Source of the DNA: Eledone cirrhosa
Lineage: Eukaryota
Direction of reading: 5' to 3'
NCBI GenBank assembly: GCA_964016885.1
Contig: OZ024740.1
Coordinates: 369,334,001 to 369,398,000 of the forward strand
DNA length: 64,000 nt
A model generated the notes under the pieces. The model ran no database searches and was not told where the DNA came from. It saw only the letters and a program-made list of their open reading frames with translations. Shown here one piece after another: positions 23,231-38,260 of this stretch (position 1 is its first letter; each line of letters starts with the position of its first letter). A program made the position numbers and the translations under genes.

Positions 23231-24839
23231 TAATGTAAAGGACTAATTGTCAACAATATCTTTTGCATTTGCATTTGTATTCTATGTCCATACCGGCATT
23301 GATTTGGCTTTTCAAATACAAACGTTTATATATATATATATTCATAGTTGTAAATCTCGTATTGTGTTGATAAATGCAGCTGCGTTAATTGACCTAAATG
23401 CACGTTAAGAATCCTGCAAATTCAATTCCCAATTGTTAGAAGCTGCATAGAAATGTATAGCTGTAGATAATATAGAAAGTCTACACTATAAGTACTTTTA
23501 TAAGCAGTTGCGTGTTTGTTACTATCCTTGAAAGACAATCCATATTTCCGGTTCTGACCTGGTGGATTTGGTTTGTATGAAGAACGGACGCAGCTTTGAC
23601 ATAAGCATTAAATTTAAATTATACAGGGCTAGGTGCGTCTGTATGAGTTGATAAGTTGATGTGAGAGTATATAAATTGTTACTTCTGATATAATTTAGCA
23701 AAATAACACTTCGTAAGATATTTATATTATTAATGGAAGGGAAAGAATTGTTATTGGATAAAGATATAAAGTAGAAGCGGAACTTGAGTTTAATATGCTT
23801 AAGGTAAAATAGTAGACACACAACGCGATGTAATATAAAGTAATAGTAAATTGAATTATTTACTATGACATAATATAATATAATATAATGTAATATAATA
23901 TATTTTAATGACACATTACAAGAAGCTCAGATAATATGAAATATCACTGTATAATGACAAGACTTGAGAATTAATCACGGGGAAAAAATGCCTAATCTGA
24001 AGATTTATACAGGCAACAATTCTACTAGAATAAACATTGTATACAAATTGGGACAAATCTAACCTCCACCTAATGCGATGGTCCCTGGTATTTAGTATAC
24101 TGCTTTCCTAAGGAGGATTACTGTCTGATAGAATATGTTGATACAGGATAATGATATACTCAAATATACGTGTGCATATGCACATATATTATAACTGTTT
24201 ATCACATAATTGCAAACTACCATACGTGATGCAGCATGAAACGAAAGCGTAAAATATGTATACACACAACCACATATATGTCGAAGCGCGTTTACCTGTA
24301 AGTACATCAAATAGAGGACGATATAATATACTATGAAATCCACATATCGACTGAGCACAAATGATGTCTAATCTGATTACATCAAGTATTTGCATATAAA
24401 TATTCAAATATACACACGAATGTATATACACTTATGCGCGTGTGTTGGTGGAAAAGAGGCATATATCTAAATAAATGTGTATATACATCGATGTATAGCC
24501 CAATGTATCTAAAGAAACGGCAACACTTACCAACAGACAGACGCATTCGCAATCACATATACTTACGCACATAAACACACAGAAACACATACACATATGT
24601 ATATAAAGCAATTTTTAAATTATAAAGAGAAGCACTGGGAACCAATAATTATGCCATTTTCCTTGAATCATGTAAATATATCCATGTAACAACCGGGACA
24701 TTTCTACTTTTCAGTAGCCTAAGCAATCATCTTTTCAAACTTATACTTTCCTTATACCTATTTCGGCGATTATACATCGACTTCACTTTTCAGGTCACTC
24801 TTACTTATATTGTCTGAAAAAAGAATAAGTAATTTATTA

Positions 24840-25250
24840 TTTCTTCTTCCAACGTGTCCTGTCAGAAGCAACCGTCTCCAACTGATCCGACTGGATCCCC
24901 AAGCGAGACCAGCCAAGCTCATGGATGTTACCCCCAACATCTTGTTTGGGATCCAACCCTGGCTCTCCTGTCTGTTGGTTTTTGCTCGGCCGCTTGTATT
25001 AGTAATGTATTCTTTAAGTCATTACCCAAGATCGTGATCATAGTTAAGTGTTAACTGAATTGAAGATAGCGAATTTGGTTTTTGCATATCCCTCCCTTCT
25101 TCTGATTGCTGAATGCTGAAGCTGGGGCATTTGTGCGCTTAATTCAGCCTCCTGTTTTCCACCACTCGAGAACAGGGCCTCGAGATATCTGAACGTTTCC
25201 ACTATCTTAAAACACAATGCTATTATACTTAAGGTAATTTTAAAGAAACA
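24840..25250 (-). mobile_element. RTE-clade LINE 3' relic
   Basis: Motifs VETFRYLEALFSSGGKQEAEL, KTKFAIFNSV and ELGWSRLGI...VASDRTRW, with an internal deletion. Confidence 0.65.
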
Positions 25251-25595
25251 CAAACGGAATGCGCATGTTTAGCCATCTGGTGATCATAGATTGTTTGTGT
25301 ATATATATATATGAACTGAATCTAAAATAACAAACACAAAGAAATAATACGTCTGTATCCTTTTTAATACTATAGAACATATTTTTCCACTGACTCGTAT
25401 GTGTGACGTGTAATTACTCTCATGAAATGAATCTATCCGAAATACATCACTATTGTACTGAAAAATAAACCATGAATATTGTACCATTTTCTTTCTTCAT
25501 AAATCTGAAACAACATACCGTGGCTTTGAATGATTATTTATATATTTGAGATGGTGTCTGTCAGAAATTGTCAATAGCAAAATATCAAATACAGA

Positions 25596-25802
25596 GCGGT
25601 AGATTGGCAGTACCGGTAGAGCGTTGAACTAATGCTTTGCGGTAATTAGATACAACTTTCTACTTTGTGGGTTCAAATGTTGCTGAGGTCAACTTTACAT
25701 TACATCTTTCCTGGGTCGATATATTATAATGTCAGTTAAGTACTGAGATCGACTTCCCATTACTCCAAATTTGCTGACCTTGTGTCTAAATTAGAAATCA
25801 AT
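25596..25802 (+). mobile_element. Diverged tRNA-headed SINE
   Basis: A box TGGCAGTACCGG, B box GGTTCAAAT, central GAGGTCAACTTT...GGGTCGAT, tail CCTTGTGTCTAAATTAGAAA. Confidence 0.8.
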
Positions 25803-28189
25803 AGAATAAGAAACATGTTCTTGGCATGCCTTCTTCTTTTAGATATTGAAAGAATAATTTTCCAGTTTATAAATCACGTGTAAAGACATGATTCCATGGA
25901 TTATGGAATTACACCCATAAATAGCTTACTTTTATGAAAACGTAAATCGATATTTGTTATATGAATACGGCTATGAGTGTCTCTAATACAGTTGTCAAAC
26001 ATTTATAATTCTTTATTTATTGTGCTTCAATATGCTAACGCAAATGGAGAGATTTGTGTCCAATGAAAAGATGGGATAATTCATTGTAGAGATATTTTGT
26101 GTTACATATTTTAATAACTTAATTGACAGAATATTTCCTTCATACATACTGATGTACATTTATCAACTCGCCCGTTGTACTGAACTCCATTAACACAAGC
26201 AGACAACAAATATTTATCATACTTTTAATATCATATAGGAGCGACGTTACTCTGATGTACGAGTATGGGAAATTAAATCACTAAGAGTTGATATCATTTT
26301 GAATGTTCAACATTTTGTAGAAATATAATCAATCTGGAAGATAACACATATCAGCGAATGATCTACGGTCTCCTTATTCTGAGGCCTGTTCTAGATTTTT
26401 GCTTCCTTCAATATCTCGTTATAGATACTAAAATTATATTCCGCATTGCTCAAGAATTAACGCACTCTGTTTCAATGAGAATCATGGATATAGTGCTCTC
26501 TGTATTATTTCGAAAACAAGGGTTATAATTTGTGTAACATATATACAGGCTTTTCTGTTATATTTGATTTTTCAATAACCCACACTAGAAGCAAATTAGA
26601 ACAATGAGGCTCCCAAGCCATGCAACGTAACCAGTATATATACAAAATAGACATTGTTTAATATATATAAATGTGTACATACAAGCACCCACACAAACAC
26701 ATATAAGATTGATGAGAATGGATAGTTAAGGTTACAAAATATAAAGCGAACAACGTAGGTGATGCTCTGAGATCACAAGGTGGGCTGATAGAAATAACCA
26801 CTTCTGGATGCGTAAAGGAAATTTAGAGACAATAGAATCTCAGGGTAGGAGAAGATAATGGTAGACGTAAGCAAATCTATGAAAGGAGAAGATTATGCCG
26901 CATGCGCCAAAGATAATATTGAAAAATCCCCAACAGATACAGTAAAAAATGTCATGGTTATCGAGACTTGACTATTAATACAAGTTCAGATTTTCTTTTC
27001 CGACGGTCACTCACACAATGTTTGGTATACATGCGTCAGTACTCATTCAGCAGAAAACTATTGACAATTGGTTGGTTGAGCATGAATCTTGGTAGTTGAA
27101 AAAATGGTGGCGTTAAGGATAAACAACGCTTTTCATATCCCACACACACGCACATATTAATATATATATATATAAATGGGATAACAAGTTATCATTATAG
27201 GTAATCCAGTTAGAGGTTGTGTGTACTCTTGGTTGTGGATAGTTATAGTTCTAACGTACGGCTTTGTTTGACTCAACAACATGCTACAAGAGTTATGCAG
27301 CGAGTTCGCGGTAATTTCTATGCTGGTTGTACTTGTAGTAATACTAGTTAGATAATGAAGAGTAACATGGTTGCCTGTACAATAATGGCTTTATTTAAAG
27401 TACTGACAATTGTCTCGTCGATCAGGTGAGTCTAGAGTTCGCTAATCGCTTGAGGTTGCGTCATTCGATCTCCAATACATTATTTACCTCTCGTTAACAC
27501 ATCAGAGTACGTAGATATGAAAGTAATTCACTCGAGGCAAGAATTATATAGAAAAATAACGTATAATCAAAACAATAACAACAATAATAAAATAGCGTAT
27601 AATCAAAACAATAACATTAATAATAAAACAGGTATGGTAAATATGTAGAGAAGTTACAGATGTAAAAAGTAAAAAGTAAAATATAAGATAGGGTACATTA
27701 AAAAATAATAAAATGAGACAAAGGAAAATATATAGAAATAAATAAGTGAGAGCGTGTAAGTACATGGTAGTAGTTTTTGAGTAAGTGTTCTTTTAAGGAT
27801 TCGCTGGTGAGTTTTTTTGCTAACATGAGAAAGCAGATTCGAGATGTACATAGATACGTGTAGAGGGTCCGATAAAAGAAAAGACACCAAATTTGAGATT
27901 AATTGGCGGATACATGTATGATATTTATGGACTAGGGATATCGGGCCGTTTGATAAACGCTTGTTGTAAATGATTTGCTGATTGTTCTATCTTAATGGAG
28001 TTGATGCTGTTTCAGGGAGAGAAGGTGAAACAAATGTTCAGAGATTTATGATCCAGTGACCAGCTGGCCGTTTGATAGCCAATAGCAATGCGATGGTGTG
28101 TATTCCATATGTTAAAATCTAGGTGGTTCAGTACTAATTCTGGGATTGCTGGTTAAAATCATGGTGGTTTGAAGTTTTTGAATCTAGTA

Positions 28190-28600
28190 GCTATTTCATG
28201 CCTACAGAAAATAGATCTTTCTATTTTGCTGTTAAGCAGCATCCTATCGTACCTTAATATGTAGTAGTTCTAAATTAAAAAGCCCGCAATGGGACATACC
28301 GTTGCTGTAGGCTTTTGCTACCGATAATTTTGACCAGCTAATCTTATATTCTAGGTTTTCGTCCTTAAGCTGCCAGATTTTATTGGCAGCGTCGTAGAGT
28401 CCTCCAGTGCACGGTTATTCATGGAGTGTCTGTAGACGTACCACCTTTCCTTGAACTCCCCAGCCGTGGAACCTATGTAGCGCCAAGTAGAATTGCTTGA
28501 ATTTACAGTACACATGTATACCATACTCGAATCCAGGCATCTATTCCGTAGTGGGCACTTATCCGGTAGGTGGCCAATTAGAATTTGAAGTTTTATTTTG
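28190..28600 (-). mobile_element. Penelope-like GIY-YIG endonuclease relic
   Basis: KCPLRNRCLDSSMVYMCTV...WRYIGSTAGEFKERWYVYRHS in ORF 28351-28680. Confidence 0.78.
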
Positions 28601-28863
28601 TGTAGGTTCATCGTTGCAGTTTTGTAAGTTGTTGTGAGTGGGTTGTGATTTAGGCCTATTAATGTTTTCTTGTGAAGCATTCTAATGCGGATGTAGTTGT
28701 GATGTTTTTATGTGTTTGTGTTCTGTATTTGGTGGTATGCTATTATGCGCGTTCGTACGGTTGTCTTTCCTGTTCCTATAACCATGCCCATTCCGAGCTC
28801 CGCTAATCCGCTAAGGTGAAGCAATTGTTCTCAGTATGGTGAACTAACTGTTGTGTAACCACT

Positions 28864-28925
<62 letters not shown>

Positions 28926-29034
28926 TGTATAATAGTAGCTATGGTGCTTCCATAGGCGGTATGCCAAAATTGGCACTCGATATTCATCAGAGTAGAGTGT
29001 AGATAAGATAAAGAAAACGAAAAATTTGTGATGC

Positions 29035-29205
29035 ATCTGGACTTAATTTATTGCGTGTTACAATTGTTTCTCCGGCAGGTTACTCGAGCCATGGTCCTTG
29101 TATGGATCTGGCTGATTCTACTTCTTCAGGTTCATTCAGATACTAGTTTTTCGTTTGTAGCAAATTTTATCACTGGGCTGTTATCCTCAAAAAACACCTT
29201 TAAAA
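29035..29205 (+). repeat. Left arm of ~170-bp inverted repeat
   Basis: Reverse complement of 33901-34072 with scattered mismatches (ATCTGGACTTAATTTATTGCGTGTTACAATTG...). Confidence 0.9.
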
Positions 29206-30027
29206 AACCGTACTTCCACTCTTGTCATGTCATTGGCTGTTTTTACTCCACGTCATCACAAATTCTGGTCAGTATCTACTGCCACAGGGGTCATCAAAAA
29301 ACACCCTAAAAAAAACCTACTTCCACTCCTGTCACGCCATTGGCTGTTTTGCTCCACGTCATCACAAGTTCTGGTCAGTATCTACTGCCACACGTGTCAT
29401 CAGCCATTTTCCGTCCGACACATTTCGATGGAGTCATGCTGGGTTCAGCATCCCACACGTCTGTTCACACTTCAGAGTAAGCACCCACACATAGTAATAT
29501 ACACACACATGCAGACACCGACAGACTTATGCATACACACACGTACGTCTACATGCGCAGACACACACACTCCCACGTACATACATATATGTATATATAC
29601 ACACAATCTCTCCCTCACCTCCACGGACCCAGTCACACCCACTTGTAGATACATATCGCCAGAAGCCTTATGGCGGCTGCTTACTTCGCCCCATGTATGC
29701 GGTTGGGATAAGCATTGCCTATTCAAACATATACATATATACATACATACGCGCGCCCACATACATACGCCCAATCTGATATATATTTATATATCTATTA
29801 ATACACACTCATGCACATATATGCATACACACATACATGCACATATATATACACACACATGTATGTACATATATATTTATATATACATATACACATACAT
29901 ACATATACCCACACATGTATGTACATATATATATATATATACATATACACATACATACACACATACACATATATATATATATATACTCACACATACATAC
30001 AAAATACGCATACGTACACAAAACATT

Positions 30028-30138
<111 letters not shown>

Positions 30139-30511
30139 CATCATATATATATATATACACAAAATAACAACAACCTAACATGCATACGCACAAATATGTG
30201 CATCCACGTATACGAATATAAACAAAACCGTAAATAAAAGTTCATTATGCAATAAAAACAATATACCATAAACTAACGGTACATTACTGTAACATAAAAT
30301 ATAATATAGAAAATATAATATATAATATGATATATATATATATATTTGCCTGCACACATATGTGTTTCCACATATACAAATGTAAACAAAACCGTAAATT
30401 AAAGGTTAAAGATACATCATACAATAAAAAACAATATACCATAAACTAACGGTAAATTACCGTAACATAAAATATAACATATAAAATATAATATACAATA
30501 TGATATATATG

Positions 30512-30579
<68 letters not shown>

Positions 30580-30583
<4 letters not shown>

Positions 30584-31790
30584 ACAATTAAACGGGGACA
30601 AAACAGAGAGGCAGTACGAACAAAGGTTTATTAGTTTCACGCTCTTGAGAGTGGGGTGGTGGTGGGAAACGACGTTTCGGGCATAAGCCCTTCTTCAGGT
30701 GAGAAGTGTGTGGGAAGAGACTTCAAAGGGTGTGTAGGGGAGTGGTGGAGAGACATATAGCAAACAGGGGGTGAGAGGAAACGGTGCAAATGAAATTAAA
30801 AATAAAGGCATGATCAAAATAAAATTAAAATGGGGTAAAACAGGTGGTGGAAGGGTGTGGGGCGTGTAGGCGTGGTGGCGGGTGGAGTGGAGAGATGGAG
30901 ACGGGGTGTCCGAGCGGGGAGGGCTGACGGTGGTGTGTGTGTGTATGTGAAAGCAAGGGTTGGGGGGAAGAACGGGGTTGCATGTTCAGGAAGAGGTGTG
31001 TGTGGGGTGGGGTGTAGGTCGGAGTGTGTGTGCGTGTGTGGATAGAGGGGTGGGGGAGAGGATTCCGGAGGCTGAATGTATAAATATGTGGTGGACCGCA
31101 CGTGTGTGTGTGGTGTTTATGCGTGTTGTGGATGTAGGTGGTGTATGGGAAAAAAACTGTTTTGGGTGTGTGTCTGGGGGTGAGTCGTAAAGGTAATTCC
31201 GTAAAAAGATGTGATTGAATGCTGAGTAAAATCCTTGGGCTGCGGTAGATTCTCGGGATCAAGGTTCACATATGTGTAATTCGTGAAGAGATTATTCGGA
31301 AGAGGGGAGATGTGGGGTGCGCGCGCAACAGGAAGTGGTCAGAGGGTCAAGGCAGGAGGAGGGTTGTGTGTCTGTGTGTGCGGGGAGGTGGTCAGAGAGG
31401 CATAGCAGCAGTAAGGTAGAATGGTAAGTGAAGAAAGTCGGTGTGTCAGTGTGTGCGGAGGTGCGGTGGACAGGGGAGAGGATGGATAGGTGTGAAAGTG
31501 GGAGTGAGGAGTTTGTGTGTGTGTGTCTTTGTAGAGGTGTTAGTGGGATGTGTGTGTGTTTGAGAAAGGGTGTGGGTGGAGCGGGGAGAGAAGGGTGTGG
31601 GGGCCGATGGAGGGAGTGTAGTGTACTGGTGTGTGTGTGTGGTGAAAGGGGTGTTAGTGGGTGTTAGTATACTGGAGGTGGAGAAAGGGTTGAATGCAGG
31701 TGTGAGTGGTGGTCAGTGATGGTAGGGTGTGTGGAGTGGGTGGTGTAAGAGGGTGTGTGTGTTCGTGTGCGTAGGGTTGAGGGTGTTAGT
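30580..31790 (-). mobile_element. Non-coding Penelope-type (pLTR-like) relic
   Basis: C/A-rich minus strand ending in a minimal hammerhead, then AATAAA, then (TA)n. Boundaries are approximate. Confidence 0.5.
30671..30700 (-). ncRNA. Minimal type-I hammerhead ribozyme motif
   Basis: Minus strand AC-CTGAAGA-A-GGGC-TTAT-GCCC-GAAA-CGTC-GT. Intact core and GUC cleavage triplet, but stem I is weak. Confidence 0.7.
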
Positions 31791-31808
31791 GATGTATATG
31801 TATATACG

Positions 31809-31904
<96 letters not shown>

Positions 31905-32157
31905 TATACACAGATTCATACATACATATACATATACGTACACACACAAACATGTACACAGATTCATACATACATATACGGATATATACAAAGGATATGT
32001 GATAAAGTAATACAACAAGAATAATAGTAATAATAAAAACCATATATACTCCATATATAATCATCCGCACACATTCATGTGAGATGCACATAAACACCTA
32101 CATGTTTGCACACATACACATACACAATATAGAGGCCCACATATGCATACACACGCA

Positions 32158-32205
<48 letters not shown>

Positions 32206-32726
32206 TTGTCCCCTCGTTATCGAGTATGGCCATTGCACGATATACCATTATTAATAATTATTAATTAATTCTATCGTGCAATGCCTGTGCATGAAGATAT
32301 TTTTTTTAATGAGGAAAGACTGTGCACTGAGCCAATCCCACTCTCTGAGCGACAGTAGCTGTAACCCGAAAAGAAGAAAATATCAACATCATCGGTAACT
32401 ACTTAGCCGAAGGTTTTATATCGGAGTTATCCCAGTTTCCTGAGTTGCCTTCACCTAGAAGAATACCCTGACAAAGGCTAGGGGTCCTTCACTCCCAGTG
32501 GTTTAACCGCGCGATCGGGTGTCCAGCCCGATTATTTCTATGTCCCCACGCATGTACATACACATGCACCCATGAATATACACATATACATACATATGTA
32601 CATATGTATATACATATTTACACATTTTGGATAGCCGTTGACTCTTATGAGATCATCCGCCCTTTGTCAGGTTTTATCTTTTGTCCTGCAGAGTGTCCAG
32701 AATCACCGGTTGCCGGTTTAGTATGC

Positions 32727-32798
<72 letters not shown>

Positions 32799-33900
32799 GC
32801 ATACACATATATACACACTTACTCACCCATACACACATATCTACTCATACGTGGCTATACGTACATACTCACACATATATAGACATACATACATATATAT
32901 AAATATCTTTAATTCGTTTGGAAGCCTCGACAATGCAAATGGGTAAATCTCCGGGTAACACGATCCGGTGGTGGAGAGAGAGATGTAAGTGGGTGTATGT
33001 TGAGATGCGTGGTGTGTATAAGATGTGTGAGATATGTATAATGAAGGGAAGAGTATAAAGGATAAAATTAAAATAACAACACAGAAGAAATAACAACCTT
33101 GGGAGAGATTGAATAGTCTCTATATATTTCGGATTCACATCCATCAACTGGGGTTTTTTCCGGGGTGGGGGAAAAGGTTGTCTGTCGGACAGGTGCGGAA
33201 CGCGTCCTCCGCTGTTTATTGTTAGGGGAGATACAGGAGAAGGTGCGTGTGTCCATGTGATATACTACACACAGGTACTATGAGGTTTCCGCCGGCAAAC
33301 AATATAGTAGATGTATTATAATGCCCGGTGTGTTTGTAAACAAACATCTCGAATTAAGCCGTAGTGTCCAGCAACCATCGTTGCTCATTTGTTCAACACT
33401 GACAAAGGAACGCTGTACTAGTTGAAGCTTATTGGCTATCGTCAGCAACGTATACCTTCCTGCCAGATTGTTGAACGTCTGAAAGTATATACTTTCCTTA
33501 TTTATATTACCGACTGAGCAGCCTAATTTTGCCTATCGAGTGAGTTAATCGGCTGGGGGACCGAAAACGATAAACGGAAAAAATGAAACGAAATTTCATT
33601 TCTCACTCTTAGTACGGCTGTTACTTAAATATAAGTATGTATACGTACATACATATATGTATACAGACGTACAGTAATATGTACATATTTATATATACAT
33701 ATATACATACATGGACACATATATATATGTACGTTTGGATTCACCGAACATTTATTATAATGCCGGGTGTGTTTGTAAACAAACATCCTGAATTAAGCCG
33801 TACAGTGTCTAGAAACCATCGTTGCTCATTTGTTCAACACTGACAAAATAACGATAGTACTAGTTTCAAGGTTATTAGCTATCCTCAGCAACGTACACCT

Positions 33901-34070
33901 TTTTGAGGGTGTTTTTTGATGATAACACCCCAGTGATAAAATTTGCTCCAAACGAAATACCCGTGTCTGAATGAACCTGCAGAAGTAGAATCAGCCAGAT
34001 CCATACAAGGACCATTGTCTCGAGCTACCTGCTGGAGAAACAATTGTAACACGCAATAAATTAAGTCCAG

Positions 34071-34072
<2 letters not shown>
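33901..34072 (-). repeat. Right arm of ~170-bp inverted repeat
   Basis: Reverse complement of 29035-29205. Confidence 0.9.
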
Positions 34073-34137
<65 letters not shown>

Positions 34138-37100
34138 ACATTTTCACGATCATTCAGCCAAATAACTCAAACTCCTATTAGGCTTCACTGCAATTTATTA
34201 TTGTAAATTACCTGTCGGATATTTTATTAACTGTATGGATGCCTACCTGTTGATTTTCAAATCTGTTTCGTCACATGTTATGCTGCATCCTCCACAACTA
34301 CGTTTGTTGAACGACACCATGGGCTAAAACAAAACAATTGAGCAATACAAATATTCAACAAAAGTATTCACTTAGGAGATTACAGAACGTGTGACCAAAG
34401 AGCTTTGTTTTGTTTTTGATCACCATCGTCATACGTTCGTTCAACAATAGCATCGAAGACCAGCCATCGCATAGCTGCTCTTTTTCAAACCTGTTTACTT
34501 CTTTGCCACTCATTCGAACTGTTAAAAAAAAATATAGTATTTCCTAAAGTATACATCGAATGATTAGCCTCATTTGAATCCCGAGCGATTTTACGGCTGG
34601 CTTCGCCGGAAATTAAAACAAAATTGGAATTTAATTTTTAGCTCTCACATAAAACCCATAAATACATTTATGTAATCCGCTATATGAGAGAGAAAAATCA
34701 AATTCATAGTTTATCCCAACACATTTTATGCGTGCTCATTTAAAATCTGTTGTACTATATTGAACCTCTTGAACGCAAAGAGAAGGCACAATGGTAATTA
34801 ATGTTGGAAATGTAATTTTAAGTATCAGAATGACAGTAGTGTTTTATGAGAATGAAACAGCAATACAAATGGTGAATAATGTTTAAAATATAATTATAAG
34901 AAAAGGTTGGGATGCTATATTCGTATTGATTATATGTCAGCATAAAATCCTGTCATCAAAAGAACAATTCGGTAAACAAGGACCGAGATATCTTATGTCG
35001 TTCTTATGTGTGCCATGGGTACCATCATATGGTTAACATTTAATACCTCATTTATGCTATAGACTTAAAATAAAGCACAATTCTCTACACTTTGCACATT
35101 ACTTCCTGCAAAGTACAACATTCTGTTTATGAGATGGCCTCATAGGGTCCAATGTATCAGCGTGCCAAATATAATGTGACTTCGTTATGTGTTCATTCCG
35201 CAAATTCCCTGATAATTCCTTTTCGCGGGGGAGTTTATCACTTATTTTGAAGAGCTTGCATATGAGAATTTTCAACATTGATAGATATTAAAGATATTCT
35301 GTTGTTGAACATTATTGCGGGACCAGTCATTGAGAGGCTAGAAGTCAATTACATTATCCTTGATGATATATATTGAATCAAAGTATTTCCAAAGACTCTG
35401 CAGTTGCCAGTTACTGCAATTCTGAGGATATTACCGAGTGAAAAGATATACATAATGGGGAACGCCATATAAGCGATGATATTATGTGCAGAAAACATGA
35501 AATATTATTTCAAAACATTGTTTCTTGATCTTCATTCAGATTCATTCTAGTTATGAATAATGATTGACTCTGATGGCAATTTGTGAAGCGAATCTTCCCA
35601 CATGTCTGCGATCAGGGTCAATAAAAATAGATGATTTGTGAATATATTGAATTAATTAGTTTGCTAGTAACTCGAAGTATGAGCTTGTTTGTTTTAATAT
35701 GTTCTCACACAAATTATTAATCACAGACTGGAAAGACATATTCTCGAAAATCTTCAATCTTAATACTATGTTGTCTTTAATGGTCAGAAAGAAATAGAAG
35801 AAATGAACGTACTATTTGGACCCTGATTTTTTAGGTCCGATATAATGATAGAATATCCAGTGAATACCAACAGTTTAATGTCATATTCGCGAGTAGATAT
35901 TATTTAGGAGAGAATGTTAGACTGTTTGGTTTTCTCACATTGCAATAGCACATCTAAACTGTGTAAATGGATCTGCTCATTGGGTAAAAATGTTAAATTG
36001 CATATACTTTTCAGTTCCCTCGTAATGCAGAAATTGGCAGTTTTACCCAGAAATATAAAAGTTCACTATTGACACCATACTTTACGTATCGCACATTAAT
36101 TATTAGAAAGGGTGCGATTTGTTTTTTCTGGGGTGTGTTGTTGTAACTAAAGGTCAGCATTTTTCACTGTGATAATTCTGTCTCATAAAATCTCCAGTCA
36201 ATTCCCCCTTTCCTCCACTTCTCAGTTTCACGTAATGCGGTGCTTTTTGTTGTCAACATAGATATTCGCAGCTCTATGTTACCTCAACTCTACAAAACTT
36301 TTCCTATTTATATTTGTATTTGATACTTGCATTTACTTAGCTCATCTTCGTTGCCTTTTATATGACCCAGATCTTATTTGATTGTTGTACTCCTAGCATC
36401 TTGTCGCTTCCTGGAGACTTTATTTATCATATTCTCACACCGAAGTCCGCTATTCTCCACGCGGCATAATCATGTCAGAAATTAACGGTTCCTATGAAAT
36501 TACCTGATTAAGCAGACACAAGAAACAAGCGTAATTTTCTAAACCTAACGATGTGTGATCGGATTACACACCTAAACGAATACATTAATTTTAATTGAAG
36601 ATAATTTCCCTGAAATTATATGTAAGTTAATGAATGAAAGTTTTTGTAGAAAATGTGCAATGTCCATGCATGCCTTCATATGTGTTTGTGTATGTGTAGG
36701 TGCGTGTAATTGCGCTTATCTGACTATATTCGTATTCATGTATGTTTGTGTGGGCATGTATAAGAATATGGCTGCTTAAATCATTTTAAAATATGTGAAG
36801 TTATTCTTCAATCAGGTACTTTTCAAACTAGGGAAATACATACATAATAGCTCTTGCGTGTAAATATTCTTCAAATAAATTGGATTTGTGTTTGATTTAC
36901 AACGCGAGAATCGCTATTAATTATATGTGTATGTATGAGTGTGAGTCTGTATGCATCTGTGTGTGTACAATTGTATATTGATTATATGTACTATGTAACA
37001 GAGGTGGCTACTACGTACATACAACTGTACATGTATATTTATATACACATACGCATACATATATATACACATATTGATTCATATATACATATATTCATAC

Positions 37101-37972
37101 ATAGACACATATATTTATAGATACCTATTGAGAGACATGCATACACTATTCTATTTCTCATTGTCTTGATTTCTTTTTCAATCAAACCTATTTTTGTTAC
37201 TTTATTCAGAACCTAACATTTTATAGATTGAGAATATTTCTAAGAATTAAATGTATCTATTATTCAAATAAATTGATCTTAAACAATTTACCAATAATAA
37301 TAGATAACGCAAAGATGAAAATTATTTTATTTTAATACATGGAACAAAATTATGTACGCATATGTTTCGGCCATTGTACATGTGGTTCTATTAGATTGTT
37401 TATGTTTTTATGTATGTGTAAGTACATGTATTATTAGATACACGCAGACTACACTCACAAAGTAAAAAGTACAAATATATCTAGATGAGAGTGTGCGCAT
37501 GTGTCTAAGCCTGTATGTGCGTGTGTGTGTGTGTGGGGGGGGGTTATGTTTGTGTGTGCGTGTGTGTGTGTGTGTGCGTGTGTGTGTGTGTGTGTGTGCG
37601 TGTGTGTTTTTTTCTATATACTACTATGTATGGTTCTTTCACTATTCGGAAGTATCTCACCTCCAACATCTCTATTCCATGGTATTTTGTGATTTTGTAC
37701 TCACTTTGTCGTAGTGTTTTCTATAATTTTCAACCCCTCATTCATCACATTTTTATTGATTAAAAATAATTGTCAAAATTTACTTTTCAACTAACGATTT
37801 TCAAACAGGAGAAGAACATGCATATATCAGAAACCATACATTTGAGTATTATTCAAATAAATTATGTTTACATTTCAAAGTATTCGTAAGCTAGTAACCA
37901 TATATTGACCTTTCTGGTCAGGTTCCGACACCTATACCAACAGTTCAGAAATTATATGCGGACATACATCAA

Positions 37973-38014
<42 letters not shown>

Positions 38015-38070
38015 AACATACATACATACATACATACATACATACATACATACATACATACATACATACG

Positions 38071-38235
38071 CAGAACCCTAATTCATAGTCTACAAATGGC
38101 TGCGATAGCTGGCACCTTCAACATTTGCAAAACATTCTTGCGATTCAAGGGATGACAATTTATTTTCTTTTACAACCTTGCCACCAGGAAGGTGACCGGT
38201 CAAAATAATATACACGAAATTAAGAGTAAGAGATA
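38071..38235 (+). mobile_element. 3' end of an RLE-type LINE within (CATA)n
   Basis: Reads LIHSLQMAAIAGTFNICKTFLRFKG* plus 3'UTR, flanked both sides by (CATA)n. Homologous to the C-terminus of the next fragment. Confidence 0.65.
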
Positions 38236-38260
38236 ACATACATACATACATAAATACATA

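Noticed and set aside
32200-32550. SINE/RTE-like relic with CATTGCACGAT/ATCGTGCAATG hairpin
   Set aside because: It resembles dispersed repeats from memory, but there is no second copy, TSD or coding motif in the window to support a call.
34130-36900. Possible host exons in the non-repetitive AT-rich stretch (also 44.2-46.7 kb and 63-64 kb)
   Set aside because: No ORF or recognisable motif supports a gene. Short exons cannot be excluded without RNA-seq.
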